Shown piece after piece: positions 8,857 to 17,175 of a stretch of DNA of 64,000 bases. Source of the stretch: an uncultured Patescibacteria group bacterium (GTDB lineage: Bacteria; Patescibacteriota; Minisyncoccia; Phycocordibacterales; UBA918); contig CAKUWT010000001.1 in assembly GCA_934699595.1 (NCBI GenBank), forward strand, positions 135,839-199,838. The letters run 5' to 3'. Positions within the stretch are counted from its first letter, which is position 1; every line of letters begins with the position of its first letter. Under the pieces are notes generated by a model that did not search any database, was not told the origin of the DNA, and was given only the letters and a program-made list of their open reading frames with translations. The translations under genes were made by a program, and so were the position numbers.

Positions 8857-10836
8857 ATGAAAGCAATTGTTCTTATGTCCAGCTCTCCATCAGTGACTTC
8901 TTCAGCCCGCGCCAAGACCGTATCGCCTAAGAAAAAGGTGGGTAAGAAACCAGCTTCTAAAATTACCAAAAAAGCTGTCCCTAAAAAGACTACCAAAAAA
9001 ACTCCCGTTAAAATAGCTACCAAAGCCGCTGTTAAAAAGACTCAAGCTAAAGTGACTAAAAAAACTCTCCGGACCGCCGCCTCATCGACCAGCTCTCGAC
9101 GACGAGTTGCCGCTGCAATCAAGCAAGGTCTAGTGACCGGTATCAAAAGGCATCCTCTTGGACACCTCATGATAGAACGAGAACTACGTAAACTCGGTTT
9201 CCGTGGCAAATTACTAAGTGACGAAGTCTCATTGCACAAATACAGCACCGATGAAAGTATCTTTGCCATCGCTCCTCAGTTGATTTTGGTTCCTAAAGAT
9301 GAACGTGATGTCCGCTTAGCTACTGAAGTAACTGGCTGTCTTGTTAAGCGCTTCCCTTCTATCTCTCTCACTCCTCGTGCCGCTGGCTCTGGTTTAAGTG
9401 GTGGCTCTCTCACTGATTCTATCGTGCTTGACACTATGCATCTTAATACCATTGAACCAGTGCAGGTCAGTAAGAGTGGCATCACTATAACTTGCGAACC
9501 TGGAGCGATGTGGCACGACGTGGAAAAAGCCTTGGCAAAGTACGATGCTTACCTACCCTCCTTCCCCGCCTCTAAAGATCTCTGTACCATTGGCGGCAGC
9601 GTGGCCAACAACGCCGCTGGACCTGACTCACTACGCTATGGTCACACCGCAGATTGGGTAGAAAGTTTAGAGATCATTTTGCATGACGGCAAAAACTATC
9701 TCATCAAACCTCTCACTTACAAAGAATTCACCAAACAAAGTAAACAAAAAAATGAGCTCGGAAGAATCACCCGCGAGATTTGGGAGTTGATTTCCAAAAA
9801 TCAAAAAGTTATCCAGGAAAATACCCCAACTACAACTAAAAACTCTGCCGGTTACGCGCTTTGGTCTGTCCTTAATACTTCCGTGACTAAATTCAAAAAA
9901 GGTGACGGTACTTTTGACCTTACTCGCCTCATCGCTGGCAGCCAGGGCACCGTCGGCATCATCACCAAAATCACCATGCGAGCCTTGCCGATTCCGAGCC
10001 AGACCACACTTATTTCGGTACCTGTTTTTGCTCTAGAAGACGCTCCTCATGTCGTGGAGACCGCCCTTAAATACAACCCAATTAATCTAGAGCTGTTTGA
10101 TGCCGCCTCTTACGAACTAGCTCTGCAAAATCCAGATTTTTTTAAAAATTATTTAAGTGGCTTGGCATATTATCGTACCATGTTTGCAATGTATTCTACT
10201 TATCATGTGCGCTACAAGGGCCGACTGCCTGAACTCTCCCTCTTAATAACTTTGGATAAGGAAACCCTTAAAGACAATTCTCTGCCCGCTATTTTGGTGG
10301 CACTTTCTACCAAAAACTCGCGCGCGCGGGTAGTGCGTGACCGCTACGAGGCTGAGGCATTGTGGCAAGTCAGACGCGCCAGCTACTCTCTTTGTAAACT
10401 TCAGTCCCCCAAACTTCGTCCGGCCGCCTTTTTAGAAGACATGGTAGTACCACCAGAGCATCTGGCAACTTTCTTCATCGGCATCAAAAAGCTGCTACGC
10501 GAGTTTCGAGTACAGGCCACTGTCCATGGCCACGGTGGTAACGGTCATTTTCATTTTTATCCACTGATTGATTTCACCAATCCTACCACCCCCCTCTTAG
10601 TAGAAAAGATGGCAGAAAGATTTTTCAAACTTGCGGTAAAATACGATGGTAATATCTGCGGTGAGCATAACGACGGCATTATCCGCACACCACATTTGAA
10701 CAAAATATTTTCCACTAAAATGATTAAGCTGTTTGAAATTAATGAAAATATTTTTGACCCTGATGACATCTTTAATCCTGGCAAAAAAGTTAATCCACGT
10801 TTTGATATCAAGACCTCAATTAGAAAGGCAAACTAG
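8857..10836 (+). CDS. FAD-linked oxidase (FAD_binding_4 / GlcD-like) with a roughly 100-aa lysine-rich N-terminal tail
   Basis: The FAD-binding region GGSVANNAAGPDSLRYG and a C-terminal FAD-oxidase_C-like HGHGGNGHFHFYP are present. The N-terminus is a KKxxKK/TKK repeat. TTGACA lies 10 nt upstream of the ATG with no SD. Confidence 0.75.
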   Translation: MKAIVLMSSSPSVTSSARAKTVSPKKKVGKKPASKITKKAVPKKTTKKTPVKIATKAAVKKTQAKVTKKTLRTAASSTSSRRRVAAAIKQGLVTGIKRHPLGHLMIERELRKLGFRGKLLSDEVSLHKYSTDESIFAIAPQLILVPKDERDVRLATEVTGCLVKRFPSISLTPRAAGSGLSGGSLTDSIVLDTMHLNTIEPVQVSKSGITITCEPGAMWHDVEKALAKYDAYLPSFPASKDLCTIGGSVANNAAGPDSLRYGHTADWVESLEIILHDGKNYLIKPLTYKEFTKQSKQKNELGRITREIWELISKNQKVIQENTPTTTKNSAGYALWSVLNTSVTKFKKGDGTFDLTRLIAGSQGTVGIITKITMRALPIPSQTTLISVPVFALEDAPHVVETALKYNPINLELFDAASYELALQNPDFFKNYLSGLAYYRTMFAMYSTYHVRYKGRLPELSLLITLDKETLKDNSLPAILVALSTKNSRARVVRDRYEAEALWQVRRASYSLCKLQSPKLRPAAFLEDMVVPPEHLATFFIGIKKLLREFRVQATVHGHGGNGHFHFYPLIDFTNPTTPLLVEKMAERFFKLAVKYDGNICGEHNDGIIRTPHLNKIFSTKMIKLFEINENIFDPDDIFNPGKKVNPRFDIKTSIRKAN

Positions 10837-10930
10837 TCTCATTACTAGGGCCGTATTTGCCCGCACCGCTTTACAATCTGATTTTGATTGCTAAGATAGT
10901 GAAAGGGAACGTTCTTATGGGGTAAAGACA

Positions 10931-11263
10931 ATGGAAATCATCAAGCGCTTTCCCAAAGACCTGCTGGTCAATGTGGACAAAAAGGAGCTTCTTGAGGCTT
11001 TTGACCGCTACGATCAGAGCCACAACGTCCAGGTGATTGGAGAGTTCGTGTACCACCTCCCCGATGCCGAGGAGATTTTGAACAGTCTGGTTTTACCACT
11101 GACCGACCGCTTGCCGAACCTCCCCCGTCTTCATAACTTTGTCGACTGGTGGAACGAGAACCTTGAAGGGAAGCTGAGTGGCGTTCATTACGACTGTCGG
11201 CCTCTGGTAGAAGCGAGCGACTTCCGCTACTACCCGATTGGCAATTACCTGCGGGTCTCGTGA
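10931..11263 (+). CDS. Hypothetical protein (110 aa), GC richer than its neighbours
   Basis: The ORF has a G-rich SD-like stretch and is followed by a very strong terminator. Confidence 0.5.
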   Translation: MEIIKRFPKDLLVNVDKKELLEAFDRYDQSHNVQVIGEFVYHLPDAEEILNSLVLPLTDRLPNLPRLHNFVDWWNENLEGKLSGVHYDCRPLVEASDFRYYPIGNYLRVS

Positions 11264-11283
11264 CAACTTCTCCCAATCCCCAG

Positions 11284-11325
11284 ACGGGCGATTCCTCCGG
11301 AATCGCCCGTTAAATTTTTATTTTT
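11284..11325 (+). terminator. Rho-independent terminator
   Basis: ACGGGCGATTCC-tcc-GGAATCGCCCGT (12-bp perfect stem) followed by taaatttttattttt. Confidence 0.6.
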
Positions 11326-11494
11326 ATCTACCTGCACCACCTGATTCACGGATCCTCAACTTTCTTAAAACGCCCTAATTTTTTAATCATAGTAAAAGTT
11401 AACCCTCAGTTTAATATCAGAACTTTGATTAGACAGAACAACTACCGCACTTCTTTTATAAACTCTAACCCAGTCAAACATCACTTCACTAACA

Positions 11495-11536
11495 TTAAAA
11501 ATATATTAACCGCTCGTACGGATGGTACGAGCGGTT
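11495..11536 (-). terminator. Terminator of the SRPBCC gene
   Basis: AACCGCTCGTAC-ggatg-GTACGAGCGGTT hairpin with a T-rich tail on the minus strand. Confidence 0.5.
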
Positions 11537-11560
11537 TAACTTCTTTTAGATGTATCTTCT

Positions 11561-11998
11561 TTATTCCGGCGGCAGGCTGGCGAGTAATTTTTTCCACTGA
11601 CGATGTCGGTGCCAGTAAAAGTATTCGCTGAAGAGCCAGACCGCCACAGTGGCCCAACCAGCATTTATCGTGACCACATCGGTTAGGATAGATGATTCCC
11701 GACCATGCCCAGTAATAGACATTTGGTGCTGCCAACTAATAATCAATCCACCTGATTCTTCGGTTGTCATGATCCCTTTCTGTTCATTAATCTCAACAAA
11801 TGTCACGAAGTGATCTGTTGAAGGGCCACCACATACTGAGGGGAGAATGTTATACCTCTCGCCTCTTTCCCACTTTTCTGGTAAGGAGCCGTACGTGACG
11901 ACTCCTTGCGCTACCTTCGCCAGAGTATCGCCTCTCAATAAGAGTTCCCAGACGACTTCCTCTGATGCTGGTAGAATAGTTTGTCTTTTAACGTGCAT
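11561..11998 (-). CDS. SRPBCC (polyketide cyclase / START-like) family protein
   Basis: I chose the start MHVKRQ at 11998 because GGAGG lies 8 nt upstream. The composition pattern (W/E-rich with a C-terminal amphipathic region) is consistent with SRPBCC proteins, but the call is moderate. Confidence 0.5.
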   Translation of the reverse strand: MHVKRQTILPASEEVVWELLLRGDTLAKVAQGVVTYGSLPEKWERGERYNILPSVCGGPSTDHFVTFVEINEQKGIMTTEESGGLIISWQHQMSITGHGRESSILTDVVTINAGWATVAVWLFSEYFYWHRHRQWKKLLASLPPE

Positions 11999-12216
11999 CA
12001 CTCTCACCTCCTGCACCTTTAAACACTGAGCCCAAAAAGAACTCCGCCTACCCAACATTAAACAGGACAAACCTTAACTAAGCAACCCTACTCAGCCAGT
12101 TTGGCATTCTATACTTAATTTGCTATCATAACTGCACCTTTTTATTGTCTTCCTGACAAAAAAGGCGCGACATAAGTGTGACATCTGCCACAAGTGACAA
12201 TACACTTATGCGATTT

Positions 12217-12288
12217 GGCCCTATCGTCTAACGGCTAGGACACATCCCTCTCACGGATGAAATCCGGGTTCGATTCCCGGTAGGGTCA
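12217..12288 (+). tRNA. tRNA-Glu (anticodon CUC)
   Basis: Cloverleaf by hand. The acceptor is GGCCCTA/TAGGGTC (one G-U). D stem GTCT/GGAC. The anticodon stem CATCC/GGATG carries the loop CT-CTC-AC. The T arm is CCGGG-TTCGATT-CCCGG and the discriminator is A. No CCA is encoded. Confidence 0.8.
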
Positions 12289-12628
12289 CAAAACGAGACT
12301 TCGTCTCGACTTAAGGAGCGCGCCTCTCATCATAGACCAGCCAGAGGACGATATCGACAGTAAGATGATTAAGGATATTGTCGAGCAGGTCTGGAAAGCA
12401 AAGACTAAGCGACAGCTTATCTTTGCCAGCCACAGTGCAAACTTCGTAGTAAACGGTGATGCGGAACTTGTTGTGTGTTGCGATTACGTTAAAGCAGGAG
12501 TTCAGACCAGCGGCATGATCAAGCTTATTGGTGCTATCGACAACGAGAAGATCAAGGAAGAAATCACATTAGTCACCGAGGGAGGCCGTGCGGCGTTCAA
12601 GCTTCGTATGGATAAATACGGATTTTAA
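12289..12628 (+). pseudogene. C-terminal remnant of an ABC/AAA_21-type ATPase (Walker B, D-loop and H-loop only), truncated at the tRNA
   Basis: The frame is open from inside the tRNA 3' end. It reads ...SAPLIIDQPEDDIDSKMIKDIVEQVWKAKTKRQLIFASHSANFVVNGDAELVV..., which has Walker B (LIIDQPE), D-loop and H-loop (ASHS) motifs. There is no Walker A, ABC signature or credible N-terminus. Confidence 0.45.
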
Positions 12629-12630
12629 TT

Positions 12631-12663
12631 AAAAAAAGCCCCGGACACTTGCGTGCCCGGGAC
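12631..12663 (-). terminator. Terminator of the flotillin gene
   Basis: The hairpin CCCGG(A)CAC-ttgc-GTG(C)CCGGG has a poly-A on the plus strand, giving a poly-U on the minus-strand transcript. Confidence 0.45.
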
Positions 12664-12684
12664 GGGAGTCTCATGCGAGACAAG

Positions 12685-14055
12685 TTACTCGGTCTTGGCT
12701 TCCGGTGCGCCATCACCGCTCGGAGCGGCTTCGGTCACCTTGGCCGGAGCCGGGTTGGTCAGCTTGCCGACGATGGCTTGGCCAAGCGGGCTCTGCGCGA
12801 ACGCTTCGACCGCCGAAGCCAGATGGGTACCACCCTTGGAGGTGAAGAGATCCATGACGTTGGTCATGCCTTCGCCGGGCTTGCCCGTGTTGGCGATGAC
12901 CTTGACGTCGGCCTTCTGCAGCGCTTCGGCTTGCTTGCCGCCAACCACCACATAGCCCTTGATGCCTTCGATGGTCATCAGGTACTGTTGGTAGCCGACG
13001 TTGCCGCCGATTTCCTTCGCCAGGACGATCTGCGCCTCGACAGGAGCGAGTTGCATGGCCTTCTCGGCCGCTGCATTCGCCACGCCGACTGCTTCGATAC
13101 CCTGGGCACGCTTGCGCTCGGCTTCGAGCTGGCCATCGGCGATGATCACCGTGGTCTGCTTCTCTTGCTCGGCGGCCACGACCTGCTTGTCCTTCTCGAT
13201 TTCGGCCGTGCGCACTTCTTCGACGCGCTTGACCGCCATGTCGCGCTCCTTGGTCTCCTTCTCCTGCGTCAGAACTTCCTGGCGCGCGAGCTGGTTGGCG
13301 ATGCCGACAGCCTTGTCCTTCTCGGCAGTGCGCTCACCGACGGCCTGTTCGGCCTGCTGGCGCTGGATGTCGACTTCACGCTTGGCGGTGATTTCGGCCA
13401 TCTCGGCGGCCCGCATGTTCTCGGCAACGTCACGCCGGCTCTCCATCTCGATCTGCGAAGTCTTCTTCGCCATGATGTTGGAGATGACCTGGCTGCCACG
13501 ACCGTCACGGATGTCCATCAGTTCCATGGACTTGACCGGCTCGACACCCCACTGCTTGAGCTGTTCGACGACTTCAGCCGTGAAGGCTTCGCCGAACTTG
13601 GAACGCTCGAGCATGATGTTGTCGATCTTGTCGCCGGCGAGGACCTTGCGGACCGCGCCCTGGACGATCTGGTGCAGCTGTGCCTGGAGCTCGTCGATGC
13701 TGGCCACCCGCTGTGCGGCGAGTGCCGTGTCGGCGATGCGGAAGAACGCCGTGACGTCCACCATGAAGGGAACGCGATCGGCGTCGTAGGCTTCGTAGCC
13801 GTCGAGCGAGAGGTCGAAGTTGCTCACCGGCAGCTCGATGACCGTGACCCCGAACTTCGGAATCCAGCTGGGCCAGCGATAGTAGACGTTGCCGCCTTCG
13901 AGGCCGGTGCCGTAGGGCATCGTGGTGCGACCGCGCTGGACAATGTGCACCATGTTGGTGCTCACGACCTTTCGGTAGAGGATGGCGAGAATGATGGCAA
14001 AGACCACCAGTACGCTGATCAGGACGGACCCGATCAGAACAGGGATGTTGAACAT
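12685..14055 (-). CDS. Flotillin / SPFH (band 7) family protein with very high G+C
   Basis: There is an N-terminal TM helix, then the SPFH domain and a long EA-rich coiled-coil typical of flotillins (YqiK/FloT-like). I chose the start MFNIP at 14055 because GGAGAAG lies 6 nt upstream. Codons are strongly GC3-biased, unlike the rest of the window. Confidence 0.8.
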   Translation of the reverse strand: MFNIPVLIGSVLISVLVVFAIILAILYRKVVSTNMVHIVQRGRTTMPYGTGLEGGNVYYRWPSWIPKFGVTVIELPVSNFDLSLDGYEAYDADRVPFMVDVTAFFRIADTALAAQRVASIDELQAQLHQIVQGAVRKVLAGDKIDNIMLERSKFGEAFTAEVVEQLKQWGVEPVKSMELMDIRDGRGSQVISNIMAKKTSQIEMESRRDVAENMRAAEMAEITAKREVDIQRQQAEQAVGERTAEKDKAVGIANQLARQEVLTQEKETKERDMAVKRVEEVRTAEIEKDKQVVAAEQEKQTTVIIADGQLEAERKRAQGIEAVGVANAAAEKAMQLAPVEAQIVLAKEIGGNVGYQQYLMTIEGIKGYVVVGGKQAEALQKADVKVIANTGKPGEGMTNVMDLFTSKGGTHLASAVEAFAQSPLGQAIVGKLTNPAPAKVTEAAPSGDGAPEAKTE

Positions 14056-14738
14056 GTGCTTCTCCTGTGGAATTGGAGGGTATTCTCCACTTTCCACATT
14101 AACATACTATGACGTATCTGTCAACCCTACGTAATGGTTCAATACCTTCGCAACACCATAAGCTATAGGTTGCTCTATCTTGCCTACAGAGTAGCTAATA
14201 CAGGCAACGGGGCTTATACAGAAACGCCACCGAAGTAGCTCACACGAAACAACACCGAGCAGGCCACGCGAGCGGATGCGAGCGTGCCTATGCGAGGTGG
14301 TTGCACAGTGTGAGCGGACTCTCGATATACCACACGCGCTGTATACGGGAAGCGCGCCTCGCTTGACGCGAGGACGGAAAAAAGCGTAGTGGTAGGCTCT
14401 CAAGTGAGATGGAGACTATAACGAAGCTTTTTGGAGGACGAAGCGGCGACCCCAAACCAAAGAAATATCCTTTCAATTTTTTGTCGGCTCCTCCCCAGAC
14501 CCCTCCACCGAAAAAATGATTGTAAGGAAATTTCTTTGTTTTGGGTGCCGAGTGCAGCGAGGCAGCGAGGCGCGCCAAGCTCCAATGCGTACGCGGAAGT
14601 ATAAAGCCACCACGCGCTCGGCGCGTTGCAGGTTCACCGCTTCGCGGTGTAGTGAGTTAGAGCGCGATGCGCTAATACATCACAAAGTAACAAAACTGTA
14701 ATTTTACAATATAAGTCGACCAACTATACAGCATCAAA

Positions 14739-14769
14739 TTAACTACATAGTCTGGACCTATGTAGTTAA
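14739..14769. repeat. 12-bp perfect inverted repeat TTAACTACATAG-N7-CTATGTAGTTAA
   Basis: Seen directly in the sequence. It lies in AT-rich DNA between the GC-rich island and the deacetylase gene. It may be an operator or a recombination site. Confidence 0.4.
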
Positions 14770-14896
14770 AAGGAAACAATGCTCCTATAGGTTCATTTTA
14801 TGTAGAAGAATCTAGTTATAAATAAAACTGCTCAATAATAAACTTCCTTACACCCCACTCATAGACTCCTCTTCTCTCTAGCGTTACAATAAAATT

Positions 14897-16429
14897 ATGA
14901 GAAAAACTTTACTTATTTTAGGAGTGGTGTTTTTGTTGTTGGCGATCGGTGCTGATGTTTGGTTTAGTCGCGAAAACAAATTTTTTGCTATAGACAATAA
15001 CCAGATCGGTCTAGAACCTGACGAATATATTGTCCCATCAAAATACAAAGATATTAAAGTTAAAACCATCAATGAGCAATCGGATGATGAGCAACATCGC
15101 TACACCCTTCACGCCTCTTGGCCAGTCACTGATAATGACACCATCAATCAGACAGTTGAAAACTTCAGCAACAACTTTATTGAAGAATATCGGACTCGGT
15201 CAGTTGAGATTGAAGCCTCTCGCCTAGAATATATGGCTGAAACCGGTGAGGACGGTGTCACCTTCCATGCTGACTACAACCTATCTTTTGACGTGGCATT
15301 TGCGAGCGATGATTACCTAGCTTTTGCTTTTACACGTTACCGCAATACTGGGAATACTGGCACTCAAGAAGCTGCCACGATGATTTTTAACCGACAGTCA
15401 GGTGAAGAGGTACCAGTGGCCAATCTTTTCGTTAGCAATGATTATTTAAATAGATTATCGGATTTAGTTAGGGAAGATTTATATGCTCGGGTCAATAAGG
15501 AAGCACCAGAATCGGAGTTTGAATCTAGAGAGGAAAAAGAGAGATGGATAAACAATATGCAGAAAATGATTGACAACGGCACCGAACCAACAGCAGAAAA
15601 CTTTAAAAGCTTGGTGATTAATGACGAGGGAAAAATGGCTGTCTATCTTGACCGCTACCAGGCCGCACCAGGATATTGGGGTGTTTTAGAAATTGATCTT
15701 CCTTTAGAAAGCTTCATCGAATATTTGACCCCGCCAGTGCTAGAGATTTTTAATTTAGAAAATAAGCCCAGTGAACAGGCTGCTCCCGAGGAGCAGCCTG
15801 TTGCTAATGACCGTACTTCTAATGACAACGTAAACTGTACGATAGATAAGTGTATTGCCCTTACTTTTGATGACGGACCTTCAGTATACACTGAAGGTCT
15901 TTTGAAAACTTTGGTTAATAAGGGAGTGAAGGCGACTTTTTTTATGCTTGGCAGCCATGCCAAGGTGCAACAACAAACCGTAATCGATGTCAGTAAAGCC
16001 GGTATGGAAATCGGCAACCACACTTGGGATCATAAACAACTGACTAAGCTTGACGAAGCTGGTGTTGACAGCGAAATCAACGACACCCGTTCCCTGCTAG
16101 AAAAGATTACTGGTAAGTCCGTGGCTCAACTACGTCCTCCTTATGGTTCTTTCAATGACACTGTTAAGCAAATTGCTAACGGTCCAATTATCCTCTGGAA
16201 TGTTGATACTGAGGATTGGAAACATCGTGACAGCGCTTATATCAAAAATTACGTGGCAACTCATGCCAAACCAGGTGCTATTATTCTCATGCACGACATC
16301 CACCCTACCACTGTGGAGGCCGTTCCCACCATGGTGGACGAGCTAAAACAGGCTGGCTATACCCTCGTCACCGTTAGCGAATTATTTGGGGGACATTTAG
16401 TGACGGGAAAGATTTATTCTGGTAGATAA
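14897..16429 (+). CDS. PdaC-like polysaccharide/peptidoglycan deacetylase (N-terminal DUF3298/DUF4163-like region plus NodB/CE4 domain)
   Basis: A TM/signal N-terminus is present. The CE4 motifs are TFDDGP, HTWDH, LRPPYG and ILMHDIH. Confidence 0.75.
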   Translation: MRKTLLILGVVFLLLAIGADVWFSRENKFFAIDNNQIGLEPDEYIVPSKYKDIKVKTINEQSDDEQHRYTLHASWPVTDNDTINQTVENFSNNFIEEYRTRSVEIEASRLEYMAETGEDGVTFHADYNLSFDVAFASDDYLAFAFTRYRNTGNTGTQEAATMIFNRQSGEEVPVANLFVSNDYLNRLSDLVREDLYARVNKEAPESEFESREEKERWINNMQKMIDNGTEPTAENFKSLVINDEGKMAVYLDRYQAAPGYWGVLEIDLPLESFIEYLTPPVLEIFNLENKPSEQAAPEEQPVANDRTSNDNVNCTIDKCIALTFDDGPSVYTEGLLKTLVNKGVKATFFMLGSHAKVQQQTVIDVSKAGMEIGNHTWDHKQLTKLDEAGVDSEINDTRSLLEKITGKSVAQLRPPYGSFNDTVKQIANGPIILWNVDTEDWKHRDSAYIKNYVATHAKPGAIILMHDIHPTTVEAVPTMVDELKQAGYTLVTVSELFGGHLVTGKIYSGR

Positions 16430-16483
16430 GTCTTTAGATTAAACAAATTTTACTTGCTGGGTCTTTTATAAAATATACGTCGG

Positions 16484-16518
16484 ATAAACCCCGGGCGGAG
16501 GCAAAGCCTCCGCCCGGG
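16484..16518. repeat. GC-rich palindromic hairpin element, copy 1
   Basis: The sequence is ATAAACCCCGGGCGGAGGCAAAGCCTCCGCCCGGG. The 28-bp core CCGGGCGGAGGCAAAGCCTCCGCCCGGG recurs exactly at 17176. Confidence 0.6.
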
Positions 16519-16620
16519 TCTGGCTGATTCAAACGATTGTTTACTGGTCTGGTCTATGTTATTCTCGAAAACAGTCCTGGTGCGATTCCAGCTCCGTTCC
16601 TTTTTGCCAAGGAGGCAGCC

Positions 16621-17082
16621 ATGTCGGACATCACCGTCTCATATAAACTAGAGATTATCAAAGATGCAGTGCCGTTCCACAACGCACAAATCACGAACCA
16701 AGAGATCTCTGGGCGGAAGACTTCCCGTTATCTGATCGTTAGCTTTATCGTCCCAGATCCATCCAGGCCTGCCCTCTTGGTGGTGGAAGGTCATGCAAGT
16801 CACCAGTTTGGCTTTCTCGTGTTCGACCGACACCTCAAGCAGCTGCCTGTCTCTGAGAAGCAATCATTTTGCTTGGGTGCCGGCGATGTACCCTACCTGT
16901 CACTAGAGGAGTTAAGGAGAAGATACCCCTGGATAAGAATACTGGACCAGGAACTCTGCTTCAACAATTTAACCAAGCAGTTCAAGGTCATGGGATTGTG
17001 GAGAGAAATAGTCTCTTCTGGCTATCCCTGGGTCCGCAAGCAACAGCTGATAGAGGAGTTGAAGAACATCATTCTTAGATAA
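16621..17082 (+). CDS. Hypothetical protein (153 aa) bracketed by the two palindromic repeat copies
   Basis: I chose the start MSDITV because AAGGAGG lies 5 nt upstream. Its GC is higher than its neighbours. I recognise no family. Confidence 0.5.
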   Translation: MSDITVSYKLEIIKDAVPFHNAQITNQEISGRKTSRYLIVSFIVPDPSRPALLVVEGHASHQFGFLVFDRHLKQLPVSEKQSFCLGAGDVPYLSLEELRRRYPWIRILDQELCFNNLTKQFKVMGLWREIVSSGYPWVRKQQLIEELKNIILR

Positions 17083-17175
17083 CTCCCCCAAATAGCAAAG
17101 CAAACCGCCGCAGTCAATGACAGCGGCGGTTTTACTAATTTCACTGATAGCTTCTTGGCCAGGATGGAGAATCCT

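Noticed and set aside
8857-9170. Possibility that the K-rich region is untranslated leader and the oxidase starts at the internal Met near 9169
   Set aside because: Not fully rejected. The regular KKxx periodicity, the upstream terminator and the TTGACA right before the first ATG favour translation of the tail.
10968-11276. 102-aa minus-strand ORF antisense to 10931..11263
   Set aside because: G/S/R-rich low complexity. The plus-strand ORF has an SD-like sequence and a strong terminator.
12649-14112. Long plus-strand ORFs (487 aa and 262 aa) overlapping the flotillin gene
   Set aside because: These are antisense shadow ORFs created by the high GC of the flotillin gene. Their translations are Arg/Ala/Leu-rich low complexity with no motifs. 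The minus-strand frame gives a canonical SPFH/flotillin protein with an SD and terminator.
14107-14585. Three overlapping minus-strand ORFs (61-98 aa) in GC-rich DNA
   Set aside because: Arg-rich junk translations, mutually overlapping, with no SDs. They are treated as non-coding debris of the island.
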